From a virus: a DNA stretch of 64,000 nucleotides. Shown one piece after another: positions 59,998 through 64,000 of the stretch. The stretch's first letter is position 1. Each line of letters opens with the position of its first letter. The translations under genes and the position numbers were made by a program. The notes under the pieces were generated by a model. That model was not told the origin of the DNA, ran no database searches, and saw only the letters and a list, made by a program, of their open reading frames with translations. Location: positions 19,627 to 83,626 of IMG/VR virus record IMGVR_UViG_3300045988_098116. One strand, written 5' to 3'.

Positions 59998-60770
59998 TTT
60001 CTCCCCTCCCTGTTGCTTAAAAACCTGTCCACAAAGTATGTCTGCCCTCTACCCGTCACCTTCACTGTTTTGCTGACAGTAACGGAGCCGTCCGACCGGC
60101 TGATGGCAGTTTCTTTGATACTGAAAAGCCCCATTTCCATCGACCGCTGCGTAGGCATATTGTAGTCCGTCCCGCTGCGGCGGATCAGGTAGCCGTTGTC
60201 CCGAAGCCATGCAAACAGCCGGTTCTGTCCGATGTTTACGCCGTTCTGCCGCAGCAGTTTTGCCAACTCACCCACAAGGATGGACGTGTGGGACGCGCTC
60301 ACAGCATCCGCAAACAGCACCTTCGGTCTATCTGCTTCGGCCTGACGCTCCAACAATCTGCGTCTCTGCCGTTCCTCCTTGAGTGTGGTAGCCAGTTGGA
60401 TGATGTAGTCCGGGTCAGTCAGTGTCCGTTCGATGACCTCTGGGGTCATGTATGTACCGTGTTTTCTGATGGAGGGCAGCACCTCCGATGTGACCCACTT
60501 GCGAAAGGGCTTCGCCTCCGGTTTGTCGCTGCGTAGTATCACGTTGTACAGGCCGCTTTCGTTGATGATGGAGGTTTCCTGCTTTCGCCCAAGAGAATCG
60601 GTGAGGTAAGTCTGGCTGACCTCATCCATATCAAGCCTCTGTGCGGTCATTTTGTGGTTCGCAATACCAAGTATCGCACAAACGTCCTTCAACACGAACC
60701 AAGGCTCGCTGTTGATTTCTACGGTTCTGACTTGAGAGTTCTTGTAGTTAAACACCTGCATCTCGTTCAT
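59985..60770 (-). CDS. antirepressor (Bro-N N-terminal domain plus phage antirepressor C-terminal domain)
   Basis: VFNYKNSQVRTVEINSEPWFVLKDVCAILGI...SGLYNVILRSDKPEAKPFRKWVTSEVLPSIRKHG; C-terminus ILVGELAKLLRQNGVNIGQNRLFAWLR. Confidence 0.8.
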   Translation of the reverse strand: MNEMQVFNYKNSQVRTVEINSEPWFVLKDVCAILGIANHKMTAQRLDMDEVSQTYLTDSLGRKQETSIINESGLYNVILRSDKPEAKPFRKWVTSEVLPSIRKHGTYMTPEVIERTLTDPDYIIQLATTLKEERQRRRLLERQAEADRPKVLFADAVSASHTSILVGELAKLLRQNGVNIGQNRLFAWLRDNGYLIRRSGTDYNMPTQRSMEMGLFSIKETAISRSDGSVTVSKTVKVTGRGQTYFVDRFLSNREGRKCRE

Positions 60771-60970
60771 TTCGTGAGCCCCCCCTTGAGAAGCTCATCT
60801 ATCGTGCAGCCGTAGACATCCGAGATTCTCAGCAACGTGTCTGCTGAAGGCTTATACAGGTCACATTCCCAACTGGACACGGTAACGCGGCTTACTCCCA
60901 GTTTCGCCGCAGCCTCTTCCTGAGAAAGTCCCGCTTTAATCCGGGCCAACTTGAAGCCATTTACTTTCAA
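60767..60970 (-). CDS. Cro-like XRE-family HTH regulator
   Basis: 67 aa; LARIKAGLSQEEAAAKLGVSRVTVSSWE; divergent from the cI-like gene. Confidence 0.75.
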   Translation of the reverse strand: MKVNGFKLARIKAGLSQEEAAAKLGVSRVTVSSWECDLYKPSADTLLRISDVYGCTIDELLKGGLTK

Positions 60971-61026
60971 TTCTTCACTCTCCTAACCTCTTTTACTTCG
61001 CGCAGCAAAGTTTCGCTTAGTGCCAC

Positions 61027-61055
61027 TTGACAATTTGCTAAGAGTGTGATTTAAT
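61027..61055 (+). promoter_or_regulatory. candidate lysogenic promoter
   Basis: TTGACA (61027-61032), 17-nt spacer with TG at -15/-14, TTTAAT (61050-61055). Confidence 0.5.
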
Positions 61056-61125
61056 ACAGTTTGTCTGGAACCATATTTAACGCCATCCTTGCACCATTGC
61101 CTTTACTTTGCGCTCGCTTCGTTTT

Positions 61126-61157
61126 TCACTTCGCATACTTAGTATATCACTTCGCAT
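61126..61157. promoter_or_regulatory. operator-like direct repeat TCACTTCGCAT x2 (21-bp spacing)
   Basis: Copies at 61126-61136 and 61147-61157. One lies in the spacer and one just downstream of the -10 of the leftward promoter. Weaker relatives at 60996 and 61104. Confidence 0.5.
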
Positions 61158-61168
61158 TGCTAAGTCAA
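61141..61168 (-). promoter_or_regulatory. candidate lytic promoter
   Basis: On the minus strand: TTGACT (61168-61163), 16-nt spacer, TATACT (61146-61141). Confidence 0.5.
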
Positions 61169-61226
61169 GTGGTTTGGCAGAGGTTGCGTTCGTTTCTATA
61201 TTTTGCACAAAAAAAGGAGACAATTT

Positions 61227-61574
61227 ATGGATATTACGACAATGCTCTACCGCATCGACTGCCTTGTAAAGGCCAAAGGCTGGACAAAGGAGGAGTTTTA
61301 TGCAATGATCCCTATCTCTTCCTCTGCCGTTGCCCAGTGGAAAAGCAAAGGCCGTGTGCCTAAAGATGCCAATATCTTGCGTATGGCCGAGATTTTGGAG
61401 GTCGACCCTGATTATTTGCGCTGTAAAGACCTCGAAGAAAACAAAAAGCCCGCCGATCTTTCGACCAACGAGCTTCATGCCGCGCTTATGAATGTCCTTA
61501 TGGGTCTTTCTTCCAGCGAAGTAGCGGACGTTATTTCTTATGCCGCAAAGCTAAGAGCATCTCATAAAGACTAA
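61227..61574 (+). CDS. cI-like XRE-family repressor
   Basis: ATG 61227 after AAAAAGGAGA; 115 aa; GWTKEEFYAMIPISSSAVAQWKSKGRVPKDANILRMAEILEVDPDYL. Confidence 0.7.
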   Translation: MDITTMLYRIDCLVKAKGWTKEEFYAMIPISSSAVAQWKSKGRVPKDANILRMAEILEVDPDYLRCKDLEENKKPADLSTNELHAALMNVLMGLSSSEVADVISYAAKLRASHKD

Positions 61575-61758
61575 TCATATCCTCTCTTGTCATTCCATCC
61601 AACAATTCCCTTGCTTCCTGTTCGTTCATTTCTCTGTGCCCCCTCGTATGTCGTTTTGTGGCGTTTGCTTGGTTCAATCGTACTCTATGCGTGCCCCGGT
61701 GTCTACGCTCATTTTGGGGAATCGCTCCCCAATTTGGGTAATTGGCGCTCTTAGGCCG

Positions 61759-61798
61759 ATCCATATCTGGGTAGCTGTCACCCAAATATGGATTTTTA
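61759..61798 (+). terminator. rho-independent terminator-like hairpin
   Basis: ATCCATAT-C-TGGGT-loop-ACCCA-A-ATATGGAT followed by TTTT. Confidence 0.5.
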
Positions 61799-61802
61799 CG
61801 GG

Positions 61803-61837
61803 TGAAATAGTATCCGCAGCGGATGAAATAGTATCCG
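61803..61837 (+). repeat. direct repeat TGAAATAGTATCCG x2 (21-bp spacing)
   Basis: Copies at 61803-61816 and 61824-61837, immediately upstream of the RBS of 61861-62472. Confidence 0.6.
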
Positions 61838-61860
61838 TTACCGATAGAAAGGGGAAAATC

Positions 61861-62472
61861 ATGTCAGAAATTCAGGAAATCGCGCAGCATATTCAGGACT
61901 TCCCTGCCCTTGTCCGTAAAGCCAGAATGGACAAGGGCATCACCAACGAGGAACTGACCGAACTATCCGGCATCAGCTATTCCGCCGTCTGCAAGATGCA
62001 GTCCGGCGAGCGTGATCCAAAACTGTACGATGCCGTAGCCGTGATGAAAGCCGTAGGCATCTCCGCCGATCAGACGTTTGAGATCCAGCCCCCTGCGTCC
62101 GCCCCCTCCGCCATGCGGGAACGCATCCATGAGTTGGAACTGGATAACGCCGTCAGCTCCGGCGACGTGGTACGCCTGAAGCAGGTCAACGGTCTTTGTA
62201 CCCAGCGGTTGGATGCCGTTATCCGCCAGCGCGATCATTACAAACGCTGGTCTGTGTTTTCCTCAATTTTTGCCGCGATCCTCTCCCTGTTCTTAATTGT
62301 TTACCTTTTTTTCGACTTCCGCGACCCCCATGCTGGCTTTGTCCTCCAGGACGGGCCTACAGCGTTTGCGTGGCTTGTTATCCTTCTTACGCCTGTTTCT
62401 ATCGTCGTGTGCAGCCTTGTCGGATACCGTGCGCTGCGCGATGCTGAAAAAAATATAATCGAGCAAAAATAG
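61861..62472 (+). CDS. membrane-anchored XRE-family HTH protein
   Basis: N-terminus VRKARMDKGITNEELTELSGISYSAVCKMQSGE; coiled-coil; two C-terminal TM helices (VFSSIFAAILSLFLIVYLFF, FAWLVILLTPVSIVVCSLVGY). Confidence 0.65.
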   Translation: MSEIQEIAQHIQDFPALVRKARMDKGITNEELTELSGISYSAVCKMQSGERDPKLYDAVAVMKAVGISADQTFEIQPPASAPSAMRERIHELELDNAVSSGDVVRLKQVNGLCTQRLDAVIRQRDHYKRWSVFSSIFAAILSLFLIVYLFFDFRDPHAGFVLQDGPTAFAWLVILLTPVSIVVCSLVGYRALRDAEKNIIEQK

Positions 62473-62501
62473 AACATGGGTTCTACTGTGTTCTACATTA
62501 T

Positions 62502-62549
62502 ATATCACAAGTTTCTTGGTTTCAATGCACACATATCACAAGTTTCTTG
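62502..62549 (+). repeat. direct repeat ATATCACAAGTTTCTTG x2 (17 bp, 31-bp spacing)
   Basis: Copies at 62502-62518 and 62533-62549; preceded by GTTCTAC x2 (62479-62495). Confidence 0.7.
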
Positions 62550-62565
62550 AGATTTTTTGTTAAAA

Positions 62566-62597
62566 AAAGAAAAAGCCGCCCAATCGGACGGCTTTTC
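62566..62597. terminator. bidirectional terminator
   Basis: A-run, AAAAGCCG-loop-CGGCTTTT. Confidence 0.65.
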
Positions 62598-62680
62598 CAT
62601 ATAAGCTCTATTCCCGCCAACACCATCACGAGTCTTAAAGAAAGGAGCCTACAACAGTAGGGTAACACGAAAATATCAAA

Positions 62681-63799
62681 ATGTCAACGAAATGCAAGTC
62701 CTGTAAGCGCGAAGTCCCCGACAACGCCACGTTCTGCCCTTGGTGCGGCCAGAAGCAGGTGCGGGAGCGCAAAAAGGACGGCGTTATCAAGGTGCCGGAG
62801 CCAAAGCAGCTTCCATCCGGCAGCTGGCGCATATATCTCCGTGCCGAGCAGCAGTCTGTCACCGAACCTACCAAGGATCGCTGCATCGCAAAGGCCAAAG
62901 CCATCCGCGCCGGCTTTGTGGAGCAGCAGAAAAAAGCAAAAGACCAGCCGCTTCTGCTCTCTGAAGCCATTGAAAATTATATCACGCGCCGTACCCTTCT
63001 CTCTCCCAACACTATCCGCGGCTACCGCATCTATCAGAAAAACCGCTTCAAGTCTTGCCAAGGGGTCAACATACGCGAGCCGGTGGATTGGCAGTCGTAT
63101 ATAAACGAGGAGGCCGCGCTCTGCGCCCCAAAAACGCTGAAAAATGCCTGGGGGTTTATTAAATCCGTCTTAGAGGAAAACGGCATCGCCGCTCCAAAAG
63201 TAACGCTTCCAAAGCTCCCTGTTTCCGAGCATAAGTGGCTCACGCCGGAGCAGATCATCGTATTCTGCAAAGCCATCGAGGGCAAGTCCTTCGAGAAGGA
63301 AGCGCTTTTCGCCCTCCACAGTCTGCGCCGCGGAGAGCTGCTGGCCCTAAAATGGGACGACATAGATTTTAAGTCCGACTCCTTCCGTGTTCATGCCGTC
63401 ATCGCGCAGAACGAAAAGAACGAGTATGTGGAGAAGATAACACCCAAAACCAAAAAGTCCAATCGTGTCGTCCCCTTTATGATCCCCCGCCTCCGCCAGC
63501 TCCTCAAGGATGAAAATGGTCCCAAGGGCAAGCGTGTGTCGTACCAGCCGCCAAACGGGCTCTGGCGCAAGATCAACGATGTCTGCGAAGCAAACGGACT
63601 TCCCAAGGTGGGGGTACATGGTCTGCGCCATAGTTTTGCATCCCTTGCCTACAGTCTCGGTTTCAAGGAAGAGGAATGTATGCGTATCGGCGGCTGGTCA
63701 GATTACAAGGTCATGCACGAAATATATACTCACCTCGCCGCCCGCGACTTAAATGCCCGCGTCAAGGAGATGGAGAATTTTTACAAAGAAAATTTGTGA
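62681..63799 (+). CDS. int: tyrosine integrase with N-terminal Zn-ribbon
   Basis: CKSCKREVPDNATFCPWCG; arm-binding-like SGSWRIYLR; catalytic RRGELLAL...HGLRHSFAS...GGWSDYKVMHEIYTH. Confidence 0.9.
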   Translation: MSTKCKSCKREVPDNATFCPWCGQKQVRERKKDGVIKVPEPKQLPSGSWRIYLRAEQQSVTEPTKDRCIAKAKAIRAGFVEQQKKAKDQPLLLSEAIENYITRRTLLSPNTIRGYRIYQKNRFKSCQGVNIREPVDWQSYINEEAALCAPKTLKNAWGFIKSVLEENGIAAPKVTLPKLPVSEHKWLTPEQIIVFCKAIEGKSFEKEALFALHSLRRGELLALKWDDIDFKSDSFRVHAVIAQNEKNEYVEKITPKTKKSNRVVPFMIPRLRQLLKDENGPKGKRVSYQPPNGLWRKINDVCEANGLPKVGVHGLRHSFASLAYSLGFKEEECMRIGGWSDYKVMHEIYTHLAARDLNARVKEMENFYKENL

Positions 63800-63818
63800 C
63801 CGCCCCAGGTCCGCTTTT

Positions 63819-63840
63819 CGTGTGTAAATCCGTGTGTAAA
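63819..63840 (+). repeat. direct repeat CGTGTGTAAA x2 just after the integrase stop (candidate arm-type sites)
   Basis: Copies at 63819-63828 and 63831-63840. Confidence 0.5.
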
Positions 63841-63923
63841 AACGCAGGAAAACCCCGTTCCAGAGCGCACCAAAAAAGCAGCAAACGAACCGATAAGTTT
63901 TATGCCAAAAATGTGCAAACCCC

Positions 63924-63967
63924 TTGAAACAACAAGAAATCCCGCAGCCTCAACGACTGCGGGATTT
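63924..63967 (-). terminator. rho-independent terminator of the flanking tRNA gene
   Basis: AAATCCCGCAG-loop-CTGCGGGATTT, followed on the minus strand by CTTGTTGTTTC. Confidence 0.6.
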
Positions 63968-63976
63968 CCCTTCATT

Positions 63977-64000
63977 TGGCAGCGGGAGAAGGATTCGAAC
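63977..64000 (-). tRNA. 3' end of a tRNA gene (T arm, acceptor strand, CCA); identity not determinable, gene truncated by window edge
   Basis: Reverse complement reads GTTCGAATCCTTC-TCCCGCT-G-CCA. Confidence 0.7.

Larger units (their letters stand above)
10250..63923 (-). mobile_element. complete temperate Caudoviricetes prophage (~53.7 kb), siphovirus-like gene order
   Basis: Ordered modules int - cI/cro - recombination - replication - terminase - portal - capsid - tail - tape measure - fibres - holin/endolysin. Boundaries are approximate because no att direct repeat was found. Confidence 0.8.

Noticed and set aside
60779-60785. G7 tract at the 3' end of the cro-like gene as a further phase-variable site
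   Set aside because: It is short, in frame, and encodes the expected GG just before the stop. There is no evidence of frame disruption.
61531-61785. 84-aa minus-strand ORF (or its 32-aa C-terminal part) antisense to the end of the cI-like gene
   Set aside because: The N-terminal part is low-complexity and spans a terminator hairpin. The short version has only a weak RBS and no recognisable features. Evidence is insufficient.
1-64000. CRISPR array, retron, or recognisable multi-gene defence systems (restriction-modification pair, CBASS, Gabija-like, etc.)
   Set aside because: No regularly spaced repeat array was seen. The methyltransferase has no adjacent endonuclease-like ORF. No cyclase, ATPase-nuclease or RT signatures were recognised in the translations.

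Overview
High-GC DNA (about 60% by eye) with GGAGG-type ribosome-binding sites, which fits a Clostridia-like Firmicute; that host guess is an inference. Almost the whole window is mobile DNA.

(1) Positions ~10.25-63.9 kb are one complete temperate tailed-phage genome, transcribed mainly on the minus strand. From right to left it contains:
- a tyrosine integrase next to a host tRNA and its terminator, plus a cI/Cro-type switch and an antirepressor (60-63.8 kb);
- a YqaJ-exonuclease/RecT/SSB recombination module and a replisome-organizer/DnaB replication module (52-59 kb);
- many small Cys-rich ORFs, a C5 DNA methyltransferase and a Spo0A-C-like protein (45-51 kb);
- terminase, portal, scaffold and capsid genes (35.5-44.7 kb), with two tRNAs inside the late operon;
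- head-tail and tail genes and a 1376-aa tape measure protein, with an opposite-strand RHH + GIY-YIG cassette inserted just upstream of the tape measure gene;
- tail-tip proteins and three tandem glycine-rich fibre-like paralogs (12.5-19.4 kb);
- holin and CHAP/amidase endolysin (10.3-11.8 kb).

(2) Positions 1-10 kb are plus-strand phage-like genes that end in a second, unrelated tyrosine integrase. This arm carries:
- a 1.6 kb non-coding, hairpin-dense tract with 3 canonical tRNAs and 2 aberrant tRNA-like elements;
- an HU gene, a cysteine desulfurase and an A/T-richer Zn-ribbon/HNH-like gene.

Best leads:
- The tRNA-associated tract may encode a large ornate RNA.
- A G10 homopolymer puts the start of one glycine-rich fibre paralog out of frame, while a sister paralog carries G9 in frame. 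This is a possible phase-variable receptor-binding repertoire, or a homopolymer sequencing error.
- The C5 methyltransferase has motifs I-II relocated to the C-terminus (circular permutation), a very large target-recognition region and no canonical start codon.

I found no CRISPR array, reverse transcriptase/DGR or recognisable multi-gene defence system. No attL/attR direct repeat could be identified by eye.
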